NCBI GenBank assembly: GCA_030704615.1
Contig: CM060732.1
Coordinates: forward strand, 56,358,001 to 56,422,000
Source: Takakia lepidozioides
Lineage: Eukaryota > Plantae > Bryophyta
Direction of reading: 5' to 3'
Length of the DNA stretch: 64,000 bases
A program made the translations under genes and the position numbers. Positions 13,095 through 26,511 of the stretch are shown piece by piece (positions within the stretch are counted from its first letter, which is position 1; each line of letters starts with the position of its first letter). The notes beneath the pieces were generated by a model. The model was not told the origin of the DNA, did not search any database, and saw nothing but the letters and a program-made list of their open reading frames with translations.

Positions 13095-16000
13095 TCAAGC
13101 ATTGGCAGTCAACTCCTGAATCTCTGTTAGGGTAATTTCCTGCACCCACATGAAGAAAAAATATGATCATTTTCCTTCGAGAAACATTTGGCAAACGTAA
13201 TGGGGTCAGACAAGCAAACCCAATAGTGCTCACTCCTGTGAATCTGGAAGATTCGACAACAAAACATCTGTAACCTGTATTTAATGACTGTCCCCTTTGA
13301 CCATCGGCTATAACTCATGAGGGAAAATCTCAAACAAAGCTGAAATTGCAATCTGGCTATAGGGACTAAACAGACCAAACGACTGCATCGACATCTTACT
13401 TTCAATCAGAAGAGTGTCAGGCCTATAGCTGTCTAGCATCCAGCGATACCATCACACATTGCTTGATGCAAAGACTTAGTCGCGCCTTTGGATACAGGGT
13501 TCCAGCAAGAAACGCTAGCACTAAATCTACTTGGACTCTGCACAATGTACATGATATCGACTGGTGGGCTCACACCAACCTCACATTACCCCGCAAGCCT
13601 ACTCTAACCATCTCAAAACACCTAGGTCTTCTGTGAAAGTTCATAACTATCATCACTGTCACCATCACCATCATGGTCCAGGTGTAGAAGGAAAGTATCT
13701 GTACCTGATCTTCACCGGCAAAATCATTATCAGGGGTGAGGAAAAGCATACAGTGACATTCCTTTCTGCAATCACCAAGAAACAGACACTTCGGATGTAA
13801 CAGTACTATAGAGGCAGTTGCAGCCAAATGTGTCTTGATTCTTCAGCAGCTTCTATTTCTAAACTTACCACACCATATGGGGCCTACATCATCCTGCCTC
13901 CATCAAAGCTGAAGACTGTTTCACACTCACTTTCTCTATTGGGCTAATCGACCCTTTTGATGTCCTGTGGACCTAAAGATTATGATCTTCTCAGCCCTAC
14001 CATCTAGACATTTATGTCCTGTAGTAACACTCACAAAGCCGGCATGATTTTAGGAGAAAACAAATTTATGAACAAAATCCCTAGACATGTCAACACAGGT
14101 AGCCTCTAGGTATCTTTTCTCACAGATAACCAAAAGACCCTCGAGAGACACCCCGACATTGATAGTTGTAAAGCTCCAAACCTAGTAACAAGGGAACATA
14201 CATACCGCTCACGCATAGGGACGCAAGGACAATTCCAGAAACCCTGTTGTACCTCTGCCACCTTGTCATCATAATGCCTGCCCAAACCCCCAGAAAAGAT
14301 GCCAGTTTCTGACATAAATGACTTGTTTGGAAGCAGCCTCAGCTCTTTATGTGGTGCTACTGCCAAGAACGAGACTAGCTCTTGTGAGGAAGATTATTTC
14401 ACCAGATTTCTGGTGAAATGCACTTTAGAGAGCCTTTGTAAATGGCATGACAAAGGTGGCAAAATGTGCCAGGAAAAAATTGTTGAAATTGTGGTCTGCC
14501 ATTAGGAGGGGATACACACACATTTTTCTCATATGGCTCTAATTTCCGATACCTGATTCTCAAAACAACATCAGAATTGCTCTAGGCAACTGACCTGCAG
14601 GGGCAAAGGGGGGCTCCTAGTGAGTCTTTGTGCTCCGCCAATCCCTGCAGCCGGAAAAGCAGAAGTATCAGATATGATGGAGTGTCATTCATACCTCCAC
14701 AACCAGAATGTGTTACCATGATTCTGCTCAGTTACAACAGACTGATAGAGAAATACTTGGCGCAAATGGCACAATCTGGATTTTAATTGAGACATGTGAC
14801 AGCATGTGATGGCCCTAGCCCATCAGCTGCTACCAAATGGCCAGAGCGCGACTTTTTCTCAATAAGTAAATAGAAAAAAGATACAGGTCTGCTTGCAGTA
14901 GCTGTTTGGTCACACACAGAGGAGGAGGCAAGTGCAAACACAGTCATGATTAGGACTCAGAACGGGAGGAGGGGGTGCAGGTTGGGGGGGGAGGGGAAGG
15001 GGGGTCTCAGCTTCAGGAGACATGGCTAGAATAATAAATGTGCTGTGGCCACAAACAGGTGTCAAGAACCTGGAAAGTAAGCCCTTGGACAAAGCCAGCT
15101 ATAGTTTCTTGAATGTTGAAGACCATGCATGTTGATTCAGCCCTCATACTCTAAACCCCGATTAGGCCAGTCACAATCTCGAAAACTTGGGAGGGAGAGA
15201 GAATGTACTCATGAGACATTCTTTGACACAGAAATTAAATGGAATGGAATGGTACTTTACACGTCGGTGGAAAGGTCAAAGAGAATGTACTCATAAGACG
15301 TTGTTTGCCGTAGCCTTGTGGCCATTGACCCCACGCCCAGTTTGAGTGGAACACAAAGGACAGAAACTACATTTGTCAGGGGCTGACGCCAGTAGTGCAA
15401 CTTACCTTGGAACAGACAATTGATCCAAGTTTTCCAGATGTCCAGCATCAATGTGCAGTGTATGATTTGGCCAATAACTACATCCAATAAGGGCCTGGGC
15501 TTTTGGCTCACAGAGGTACAGGAACAATTCTCTCGATGGATTTGACGATGGTGTCTCTCTGGTAAAGAGTACCCAGGACAATGAATCAGAAAGTGGAGAG
15601 ACAGAGAGAGAATGTACTCGTAAGACGTTTTTTGCAGTCCTTGTGGACATTGACCCCTGACAAAGGGACAGAAACTACCTTTGTCACCTTGACGCCGGTA
15701 GTATGACTTACCTTGGAACAGACAATTGATCCGAGTTTTCCAGATGTCCTCTAGAAACCCCTTCACAAAAACATCAATCTGCTGTATATGATTTGCCCAA
15801 TAACTAGACCCAAAAGGGCCTGGGCTTTTGGCTCAGCCTCAAGATTTTCAATGTTGGTAAACCGAGGTACCGGAACAATTCCCTTGACAGATTTGAAGAG
15901 GGTGTCTGCGAGAGTACCCAGGACAATGAATCAGAAAGTAGATATTGTCTTTAGGTTGGCCCCACGACAGGCATTTGCAATCCCCCTTTCCTCTCTGCAT

Positions 16001-16857
16001 CTGTTTGCTGTTCATAGGTAGGCTTTTCCGCCCTGAGTTTAAATTTCAGTCTAGTGCCGAGAGTGTTAGAGAGAGAGACCCACCTTGATAACCACAGAAG
16101 TGACTCCCTTGTCAACACAGAAGAAGGTATCTGATCGCCTAGCATACTGCTCTGAAAACTTACGCATCACCTCTAAGGATTTGTTGGTGGGCTCCACTGC
16201 AAAATCGAAGATCTCAATGAGGGTAAATTGAAACATGCAGTGGTACAACAATCCAAGAACCACAATTGGAGTTGATTTCAAGGCTTCCTGCCCATATAAT
16301 GCAGAGAGAGACCTAAATCCTGATAAACTTTACTCATCAGTGCAATTCTTTCCAAACGCTTGCCATTGACAGAACTACTCCCGGTTGGCCGGCAGTTTCA
16401 GCATGAGCGATTGAACCGTATTGTGTATAATGCCATAGCCCTTGGGAACTCAAAGAGTGAACAAAGAGATGCTAACCATGCCCTATGAACATGGACACAG
16501 AGGATAACGTTCCACCAATCCAGAGTATCAAATTCAACCCATACAATTTCAAAAGAGCTTGAGCCACAGGCAATTCTCTTTTAGGGCTAGTATTGACATC
16601 ACAAAAAAAATCTCCTAAGGCTCATATCAGCACTGCTACTGTAGCCTCTGATTCGCAAATTTTGTGACACACTGCTACCATTATTGCTACTGTAGAGCGA
16701 AAGGGACAAGGAAGAAGGAATTGCCTGCTGCCCTCACTCCGCATCGTCTCCTTGAAGTAACTGGAGCACAGCTAGAAGACGGGCAGGCCGATTGAGCAGA
16801 GAATGAGCTTGCTACAGATGCCAGGGATAGTCCCACCCCGCCCATCAGGCAAGCCAT
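13095..16857 (-). CDS. FTRC: ferredoxin-thioredoxin reductase catalytic chain, chloroplastic (6 exons)
   Basis: Transit peptide MACLMGGVG..CGVRAA | VEPTNKSLEVMRKFSEQYARRSDTFFCVDKGVTSVVIK | GLAEHKDSLGAPLCPCR | HYDDKVAEVQQGFWNCPCVPMRER | KECHCMLFLTPDNDFAGEDQ | EITLTEIQELTANA*. The CPC, CPC and CHC motifs are intact. Confidence 0.97.
15195..16060 (-). repeat. dispersed repeat family, stacked partial copies (copy B) inside FTRC intron 2
   Basis: GAGAATGTACTC recurs near 15200, 15281 and 15608. GACAATTGATCC(A/G)AGTTTTCCAGATGTCC and AGGGCCTGGGCTTTTGGCTCA each occur twice. Homologous to copy A. Confidence 0.75.
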
Positions 16858-18369
16858 TGTTGGCTCGTCAAACACAGAATTTGTCGCTCTTGTCGCAGCT
16901 CACTCCTTCAATGCCTTCAATTAAATCACGTCACCTCTGTGCTTCTCTATGCTCAATAGAAAGAAACACAATTTTTACGAAGGGACCCAATTAGGGCTGG
17001 AGGTTCCGGTGCACACACGTGGTTGGAAAAAGGTCCTCTTACTAAAGATAAGGCAACTAAACCCTACAGGTTGATTGGCGGAAAGCAAGATAGGACAAAT
17101 TTCAACCATCCGATTGAACAGTTTCCCCAAATATCTGCACACAGATGCATGACATAGATTTGGTGATGTAGGAGAAGGTGCACTTCTTCTTGGAGAGGAT
17201 GTGTTTGATAAACTGCAACGGGGTCCACAGGAAATCTTCGATGGGTTGTAAGAATGATCTCTTTATGGCAGCGGAACCAAACTCTGAAGAGGACCCAAAG
17301 CTGGCCCTAGGGTGAGCGCTGTGTTGCTAAAGAAGGGAGATGTCAGATGTGGGCCCAACCATGCTGTGGCAGTATGTGATTGCTGCTATTCTCTCCTGAC
17401 TCCAGGCTCATTTCGAGACTGGGATTGCCTCCCAGGCAAGTGTACCTCTGTGTCTCCATATTCCTTCCATCCTGCCCCCTTGCCCTGTCACATGTAATTT
17501 CTGCCAAGTATAGGCTGCTTAGATGTTTGTATTGGAACTCTTGGACCATCATACTTAATTTGTATTAGTAGAGATGACGTGCCATCTCACTACAGAAATA
17601 GGTAGGCCAATGGTTGCCTTTGGGACACATCTCCCGTCTGTTGGGGTGTTATTTTGAACTGTGACCACACGCAATGTAAAGTGAGATGCAATGGCCACAA
17701 GGCTGCGGCAAACAACGTCTTATGAGTACATTCTCAAAGTGAGATGCGTGTTATAATACAAAAACTGGTGTGGAGATAGCAGCTCCTGAGGGGTTTGCTG
17801 TTGGCAAGATAAAATACTGGTGTGTAATGCACTTCAATCCGCAGATCCAAGGCAGAGAAATGTCATTGAGAGTGTCTTTCTCTAGAGTAAGCCTGTACCA
17901 TGTTCATTGGCTACTTGATCCAGATGGCGACATGTAACATACCTGACAATGTAATTTGGCTGCCCACAGGAATGTGGACAGATCTGCTGGGTGCAACTTT
18001 GTGAAACTATTTTGCATGGTTGTTTTTGAATGGAACCACCTGTTAACATGTATGTCACAACCAAAATGTGTTGCTCCTACGGAAACTAAAAGTATATGTG
18101 ATTCCAGTTTTCCACCAACTAGACACCTTGATGTTGTATCACACCAAGGTTTCTGAGTTAGTCTGTTGCTTTTTATTTAGCCCAAGATTCTGCCTACAGA
18201 GTCTGCTGATGCTCCATTTAACACACGATTATGCAATGTTAAAATGAATTGCAGATCCATGATAGAGTGAGACCCACAGAGATAGAGAGGCAGAAAACAC
18301 CATCTAAAGAGAAAGAAGACTAGGTGGGTGGTACACACGTAGCCAACAAATGGAAGAAGACCAAATCTC

Positions 18370-20236
18370 CTACAACTGGGCACTCCTTTGATGAACACGG
18401 ATTTTCTCAGCATCAATGATTGCAGAGAGGTTTGAGACTGTGCGGTCAAGCTGAGCGTCCGCATTCACTACCACATAGTCAAATTCACTCATCAGCTTCA
18501 CCTCCTTGCGAGCAGTGGCTACCCTAACCAAAAGCTTGTCCAATTTCTCTGTCTTCCTCTCGACCAGCCGCTTCACCAAGGCTACCTCACTCTCTGCAAC
18601 GAGAAAGATGAACACTGCATTTTGCCCTAAAATTTTGCGCACTGTTGCAGCTCCTTGTACATCCAATCGCAGCAACACATCTCTCCCTTTGTTCATGTAG
18701 TCCCGAATCTGACCCACACTTGTGAATTTGACATCTCTCTCACACAATGGTACGCCCTCAGGTTCCTACAGGTGACTGACAGTGCCATTGAACCCCAATC
18801 TGTTCTCACTGTATTGGACAACTGTTAGTGCGACCAATGCCCCATGTATTGCATCTCTATCAGGTAGAGAGCCTCATTTAAATTAACTCTCCTTACTTTT
18901 CATGTCAATGCCAGACCTGTCTCTGGCACTCAATCAAACCTGTGGCCAGATTGTTGCACATGGACTGTGTCCAGTAGGGACCACACCCTCAAAGTAAAAA
19001 AGCAGCCACAGGCCACAGGGAACATTGAATAAGTGCAGCTCTCTCGCCGGCCTGCTACCTGTAACTTGGTCTAGATGTGTGCGCCCTAGCCCTTTGCCAA
19101 TCTCTTTCAGCTCCATACATGTGCCACATTCCCTGAAGAATGAGGAAAAGAAAGGACAGACATGGAGGAATTAGGAGTTTGACAGTGACACCTGCTTCTT
19201 GGGGACGCCCTTGTAATCACCGTACACCAGTGCGTGCTCCAAAAGCTCTTCGCCGGCAATCATGTCTTCAAACTTGCTCTTGCTCACAAAGTAGTAGTCT
19301 ATCCCCTCCACTTCTCCAGGCCGTTTAGCCCTCGTTGTAGCAGTAACCACAAAATGTATATTGCTCCGCACCTCTTGCAACCTCTGTTAGAAAAAAATAA
19401 TGGCCTCTTAGTATCCTCACAGTGTAGCACCCTTAAATCTTCTTTACCCAGTCACACACATGGAAGGGAAAAAGAACCGATCTGTGGGCATGATGTTGAG
19501 CCAGCCAGCGTCTTTTGATGTGACGCAATGGGAATACTACCGAATGAAATTCCTCTGTATATGAATTTAAATTGTCGCTGCACCTTTCTCCACTCAGATT
19601 AGGGTCGAATTTATCCTGTAGCAAAGAGTTGCCTTCAGGAAGTCTCCCGGAATCCCCTTTGGTACGATCGGTAAACCCCACCACTGGAGTCATCTTCTTC
19701 TTCTTCCACCTTCTCTACACCTCCTCCCGATTCACCAATTCATTCTTGCCCTAATAAAACCCATGAATGAAATTGGAAAGAAAGAAATAAACCTTGATAA
19801 CAGCATCTTTGCCAACGCCGCTCGGGCCGCTGATGACAATCACCAGCGGGTTCGGAAGGGGCGCTTGCGGTCGGGGGTCCAGAGGCGATCCCAATGCCTC
19901 CTCCAATTCCCCCAGCACTGGAACCTACATAACCCAATTCACGTTACTGACACAAGGAAACGAATTACTTACGGAACCCTCCCGCCCGCCATTCTGTACG
20001 CTTCCTTCCTTCCTGATGCAAAATCCCCACAATCCAACGTTGAGTGGATTTCTTTACCATAGTGAGAAACCACTACTCGTCAAGCAAAGACAGGGGACAC
20101 AGACAAGAGACACAAGAGACACAAGGAAAATTTTCAACAAGAATTATGAGAGACTGCGCACCTTGTCGAAGGAAGGTTGGCATCTGCAGCACAGCGCAGA
20201 GCAGAGCCCGCCCCAGCACATGCCTTTCCTCGCCAT
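18370..20236 (-). CDS. guanylate kinase, plastid/mitochondrial type (4 exons; start codon tentative)
   Basis: Exons encode [21 protein letters not shown] (P-loop, ~19793-19924) | [42 protein letters not shown] | [33 protein letters not shown]. Confidence 0.95.
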
Positions 20237-20591
20237 CGCCCCCCCCCTCTCCACTCTGTCCCACACACTGTGAGGGCATCCCCGCCTCCCACCTGGCCGC
20301 TGTGCCACGTTCTGTACGCCACGCTGGCGTCAAGCAGGAGCCATACACTTTCAGAGAGTCTATGGCAAATTATAGAAATACACTATCTTAGGAGTATGGC
20401 ATGTAAAGTGTTTTTTCTCTTTTTTGCTCGAATTGTTCGATGCAAGTGTTAGTGATGGTTAGTCCGTCCCATACATCATGACTAAAATGTTTAGACATAT
20501 AATGAACAGGGACATACAAAACTTCAAATTGTGGATGGTGTAGTGCATTATCTTCTTCCATTTCACAATACGACGACCCAAGGTCGGAAGC

Positions 20592-20790
20592 TAGTTTAGC
20601 GTAGAGCAGGAATAGGGTGCCATAGTGCCTCGTCATCGTCGCCACATCATCATCGCCATGTTATCGTCATCATGTCATATTCGCCACGTTATCATCGCCA
20701 TGTCATCGTCGCCATGTCATCATCGTCATGTCATATTCGCCACGTTATCATCGTCACGTCATCGTCGCCAGTCATCGTGGCTACGTCATC
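20592..20790. repeat. CATCGTC(GC)CATGT-type tandem array with a conserved flank, probably a small TE remnant
   Basis: Visible imperfect tandem array. Its flank TAGCGTAGAGCAGGAATAGGGTGCCATAGTGCC recurs as TAGTGTAGAACAGGAATAAGGTGTCATAATGCC near 28745. Confidence 0.65.
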
Positions 20791-21399
20791 GTTGTCCAAG
20801 TTTTTGGAACCTGCCCGAGATGCCCGAAAATAACAGGTGTCTTGCAGCGCGGGAAGGGATGACGATGTGCTTGAGCACGGAGGAGTTCCACACACCGATC
20901 TCATCGGGAGATCCTACATGGTGGATGCTGGAGAACGTCGAGGAGAGATTCAATTCCCAGATACCCCACTTTGAATGAATCGGATGCAACGACACCGGTG
21001 CAGCTGGCAACATTCTCGCTTTATACAGATGTGCAGTTGAATAAGAGTGCATGAGGTTCGAAGAACATTTTTAATGTCTCAGGTGTACTTCAGCTCGCAA
21101 TTACAACCCAGAGAAGCATCTTCTATGGAGGGGGCATTCTCCCCGCTTTGAGATGACCCAGGCTGGTTTCTCGCAAATGAGCATCGAATTGGAGGGCGAA
21201 TCTCTAGGAGTACACCCTCTATATGCTTGGCTGTGCCCTGTTCCCAGCGAAAGAGGTCAAGAAATTGACTAAGGATTGCAACGTTATGGTGCAAATGCAG
21301 TGTCCTCGCCGGCAATCTCTCACCAAGCGGGCCATCCAGGGCCAAGTCACCAGCATCGCAGCTCCTGGTAACAACCACTATTTCAATCCTATCAATGTG

Positions 21400-21690
21400 T
21401 GCAGATGGAGACATTTGCAGATTATGAGTACACCGCAGGAGCTCTCACAGCTGGAATTTGCAACGAGACCTGAAGATATCCATTTTTTGAGACATTGTCC
21501 AGGGTATTCTCACCAGAGAGTGACCCTCTTCAGGACATCAAGAACATGGTTCCTGCAGCTCTGTTTACCAACTTACAAAACCTCTAGGGTAAGCCTAAAG
21601 CCCTGACACTGTTGCGGTGTAATTTTTGGGCTGCTCATACACACCAAATTGATGCTTGTGTGAAGGGCTTTAGGCAGCATCTTAAGCAGA
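21400..21690 (+). repeat. dispersed repeat family, copy C (opposite orientation)
   Basis: Encodes HQRVTLFRT.., which is also read from copy A on the minus strand. TTGTCCAGGGTATTCTCACCAGAGAGTGACCCTCTTCAGGAC matches the reverse complement of copies A and D. Confidence 0.7.
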
Positions 21691-21699
21691 GATCTTTCA

Positions 21700-22105
21700 G
21701 TTGAATCACTCCTGCTTCCACAGCAGAAGCAGCAGTCCGATCTGAGCTTTAGTGTGATTGCACTTGAGGACCACATGACAATAAACTGGAGGCAACAGAG
21801 TAATGGTACCATGGTTCCAGAGGGACAATGGATGATGTCGTTAAAAGCGAATCCTCGTGTAAGTGCAAGCCGCCCAATTAAGCAACCAGAATATTTCAAA
21901 GTGGGAGCTCACTTGAAGATTGCACCAGCTGGGTGTTCTGTTGAAAATCCACTCGTGTATTTTGCTGAAGGTCTGTATAATCCCAAGGATGGGAAAATGT
22001 ACATGATGGGCTGTTGACCAGTACACGCCAATTGGATGCTACTCCAGGACAATGCAAATTCCTTAGATGATGGGCGTGACTGGTCCCTCAAAATTGTTCT
22101 TCTCG
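21700..22105 (+). pseudogene. fragment of a DUF2921-domain plant membrane protein gene
   Basis: YFAEGLYNPKDGKMYMMGC*PVHANW..LDDGRDWSLKI resembles the family segment EGLYNPxxGKMYLIGCRDVxAxW..LExGLDC. It has an in-frame stop and no flanking exons. Confidence 0.65.
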
Positions 22106-22456
22106 ATGAGGATGATGGCAACAATACTGCGAGGTTTTATGCTATCCATTAACTCATCCCATCATTTTGGGAGGATAGAACTTTTGGCGATGTTTTGCCA
22201 CCGTTTTTCTTGTCAAGCGATGGGCAGTTTCGTTTGCTTCTCTAGTTTCTTGGATTTGGATGGCTTGTGAGCTTCAGTTTGTGCGTGAAGCTAATTCAAT
22301 TAATGGGAAAGCCTCTCAATATATGCAAGTGTCTCTTGTTGAAAGAAAGTCCATAGCTCCGCATTGAATCTCTGCAGTCCTAAAATCCTGGGTACACATC
22401 ACTAGTTGAAACAACCCAATCGTGGAGCTAATTGTGAATGTTGGTGGATATTACAG

Positions 22457-23170
22457 AAGGGAACGTTCTTTTAAGGTGGTAATTAAGTTTGCAGCTCGTG
22501 CGGATTTACATCACCTCGGCCAATTTTTGGTTGGCCGCCAAGCAGATGCTCCACAGGAAGCTCTTCAGGTGCTTGATATTGTGTTGCAGGAGCTTCCTAC
22601 ACATCGGTAAGACTTGCTCTCCTTTTTAGTGTGTTCTTTCTTTTGTCTCCTTTGCTAACTGTGTGATGCATTCTATCTTGTGTCACGGCAGCTATTTTAT
22701 TGTGTTTAGCATTTATTTTGTTTTGCTGTTTGTCTTTGAATTGGCAAGGTTTGTTCCGTATAGTGGAGTGGATATTCACACTGGCATGTTCCATTTGTAG
22801 TCTGGGGGGGGTGTAATGAGCTCCCTGGCATGTTGTGCTTATCATAATAAACTCCAAATGTGAGGCTTTATCCAGTTGTAGGTGATCTATATGTATTCAG
22901 TGACCTTCTTCTATTATCAGTCCAGTTCATGGCATTTCGTGTTAAATAGTAAATATTCCTAGTGTATCTTAGGTGGCAAGGCTGAGTTAATATCTTGTCT
23001 CCATCCCTAACAAGTGGTGGTTCTCTTGTTTCTGATTGCAGATACTCGCCTGGTGGCCACTCCTTTTATTCACCAAACCTCGGCACCAGGTAGCCACTTG
23101 CAGATGGACTGGAAAGCTGGCAGGGGTTTTACCAGAGTATTCGGCCAACTCAAATTGGCCTTTCTCGAAT
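22457..23170 (+). pseudogene. AGO1: two-exon fragment of an AGO1-clade Argonaute (N domain to L1)
   Basis: [51 protein letters not shown] | intron | [40 protein letters not shown]. Contains a premature stop; PAZ and PIWI are absent. Confidence 0.92.
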
Positions 23171-25399
23171 GAAACAACAGCTATGTTTTTGGTGGAGAGT
23201 TATGTAAGGAATTAGAGTAAGCTTGGTGTTGGAGAGGTCATATTGGTTGGAATTGTGGACCCCCACAGCAGATTTACAGGCGGGCCTAATAACGCTGCAA
23301 AGTATGGTCCTTTTAACTTCAGCATTAATCCCTCTGCAGTGAAAAATTTAGCGAGACCCAAAGCTTTACGTTTAGCTGAGGGAGAGAGTGTGTGTGTTTG
23401 TCTGTGTGGTTTTAATAGGTGTACTCCTTGAGTGCTGCTGCCTATTGACTACTTAAAAATCACAGAGGTCACGAGCTATATCAAACTTTTCACCATTAGC
23501 CATTGGAAAGGAGAGCTGAAGAGGCATGGCTTGTGCTTGTATCTGGCCAATCAGTGACTGGGTTGTTGACAGGTGGATCCGATGGTAATACATGCAGCCT
23601 CCACGCCCCCGCACAGCACTCTGTGGTGATTACTTAAATTACAACTACTTTTCTCATGGAATTGACATTCTGTTTGATGGTCAGGTTCTTGACTTCATCC
23701 TGCAATCCAGGCTCAAGGCTTTGTCAGCAACCCCTTTGGTCGTACATTTGTGTATGGTTATCGCAACATAGCCCTTGAGGTATGTGGTGTGAAGCTGTGC
23801 TCTCGTTCTGGTTCTAGGGCTTCAGCAGGCATCAATGGATTACACTGTAAGGGTTGTGGCTGCCAACATAGTCCATGCTCTTGTTGGTCTCATTGCTTCT
23901 ATATTCATAACCATGGCGGTTCTCTGGTATGATTTGCTACAGGTCATGAAAAATGGGCGTATCGCGACTGTGACTCTGTTTCAGACCAGCCAAGTCTGAT
24001 GAACTACAGAGATCCATGTTGTAAGAGAACTTGGACTGTAGGATCTGTAAGATATGGTTTTATAAAGAGCTTTGTCCATGTGAATTGGTAGGTGTGGTCT
24101 GAGTGTACAGTATTGCCTTGTGGATGGAAGAATTAAGGGTTTGGGGGAGATGGGAAGTTGGTGGGTTGTCCCAACTGTGTAGAGCATAGGTTTGATTGTT
24201 TGTTGACAGAGACATCCAGCTTTCAAGTGCGTCAGTAATGTAATTATGGGTTGTCCCTCCCAGGTTTCCTTTAAGGGAAAATGAAAAAGAAAAAGAAAAA
24301 GATGAATTCTGAACTTACCACTGCCAAATAAGTTCTTACATTGTTCTTTACTTTTATTTAAATTTCTTAAAAAGAAGGGGAGCAAACGAGCAAACGCCCA
24401 TAAATCTTTACAAATAGAAGGTGAAACGGTCAAAAAAGAACAAGGGATCGAGGAGAAGAGGTCGCCTAAATCTAGACAGACTACCATAAGATCATATACT
24501 CATGTTATATTTTTACATTTTTCTTAGTGTCTGCATACTATATATTTTCAATCAAAAGAATCATTGTTCTCAGAAGTCGTGAAGAAGATCATTTTTTATC
24601 CAGACAATTATTTTTTATCAATACAATTATTTTTTATTAGGACAATAAAACTAAATGTTGAGAAACTAAATGATGAGCGACGGAAAAGATATAAACAACC
24701 AACTTCCGGTCCAGACGAAAGGGAAAATACAGAAAATTGGGTTCTATTCCTCCCTCATTTCTTAGGCATAGATAGAGGTAGCTACATCAAACAATGAAAT
24801 ACAGAAACCCACCTTTTTTTTGTGAAAATTGAACGTAGTTCTCATAATTCATCGCTAGTAGTGCGGAGCAACGCGAAGCCCTAATTTTGGTAGACAACCA
24901 GTATGTAGCCCAATGGGTAAAACGTTGGATGTGGTTGTGGGTTCAAATCACAGTCTGGTGTGTCATGAAGGTGTCCACCTTTCAGCTGGAAGCAGTAGCC
25001 CTCTTGGTGAAGAGACGCCATAATTTACGCTCCATTCAGGAGACGTATATATATATATATATTTAGTTAGTTAGTTTTGGTATCACATGTTCCACCACTA
25101 CCAATCCCCAGACCCTCCCTACACTAACCGCAGTCGAGTAGGCGGTTCAGTGGAGCCCAACCCACACCGTTGCCCATCGCAATCCCCTTTTAATAATTAG
25201 TTCTTATATCAATACCCTTAGTGCGCGGATCAAGGGCTCGTTAGGAAGTCATCGAGGAGATACTCAGACTCTTTTGACATCGCAATAATCCTTGAGTTGT
25301 CTGATCAAGAGGAAGTAATCACAAAATAAATTCCAGCAAACACATTGAGGTTGACATTTCGTGAGTACTTACAAAGAGAAAAAAAAAAACCACATCATA

Positions 25400-26511
25400 A
25401 ATATGGTGAATGGTGGAAGCCAAGAAGTGGAAGCGCTGGAGGATCCAACGCATATATTGCAAGAGCGGGAGAGTTGATTGAAGAGCCAAGAAACTACACT
25501 GAGGCAGAAGGAATACTAGTAAAATGATGCAATGAATGAGGAGTTTGAGTCTTCGATTAAAAATAAGACATGGATATTGGGTAAGTTGCCTCTTGGAAGA
25601 AAGACCGTTAAATGCAAATGGATTTAGAAGATGAACAAAAAGTCAAATGGAGAAATTGAATGATACAAAGCACGGCTGGTTGCCTAAAGCTACTCCCAAC
25701 AAACAGGTATTCACTATGCTAAAACTTCCGCACATGTAGTCAAATACGACTCGATATGCACAATCTTGCAATAGCAGCATCAATGGATTTGATATCAAGA
25801 CGACATTTTTGAACAAAGATCTTCAGGAGGAGATATTTATGAACCACTCGGAAGGATACATCAGGAAAATGCATGAGAGAGAAGTTTGTGTTCTTAATAA
25901 AAGCATCTATGGCTTGAAACAAGCTTCGAGAGTGGACCACTAGGTTCGATGAGTTTATCAAGAAACACGATCTACAGCCAAGTACAGTAGATCCATGATA
26001 CCACAGTAAATGAGAACTCACAACCATGACGACCATCTTTATAGACGATGATTTAGTTTGCAATGTGTCGCAAGTTTTGATAAATGAGATTTTGGACTAT
26101 CTCAGGATGGAATTTGAAGTGACGATAGAAAAAGTTGATTGCTGTGTTGGGTTGCAAATTACAACAAACATGTCAAATCGCACACTTTATGTCAGCCAGC
26201 CTATGGACATCGCTGACATAATAAAAAGATTTCGCTTTGAGAATATACACCCGATGTCTATTCCAGCCGATCCCAATGTAAAGCTCAGTTTGTCTGCAAA
26301 TGAGGAGATTGATGAAGAAATATGCATAGAAGAGGTTTCATACAAGGAAGCAATAGGTTGCCTTATGTTTGCCATGAATGGAAGTCATCCAGACATTTCC
26401 TATGCAATGAGTAGCATGGCCAAATTCTGCGGTAATCCAAGGGGAATGCATTGGGAGGTTGTCGAGCGGATTCTCAATTTTGTGGGCAAAGCCATCTGCC
26501 ATCTGGATTAG
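25400..26511 (+). mobile_element. degenerate Ty1/Copia reverse transcriptase
   Basis: EEPRNYTEA..AMNEEFES..KNKTW..LPLGRKTVKCKW..YKARLVA..IYGLKQASR..IFIDDD..YKEAIGCLMFAM..HPDISYAM, with many stops and frameshifts. Confidence 0.92.

Noticed and set aside
17140-17440. AG/GT-bounded segments between FTRC and the guanylate kinase gene
   Set aside because: Stops occur in the candidate frames and no family is recognised.
20625-20978. His/Arg/Ser-rich ORF
   Set aside because: It is a product of the CATCGTC tandem array.
24905-24950. tRNA gene
   Set aside because: Only A/B-box-like motifs are present and no cloverleaf can be folded, so it is at most a SINE relic.
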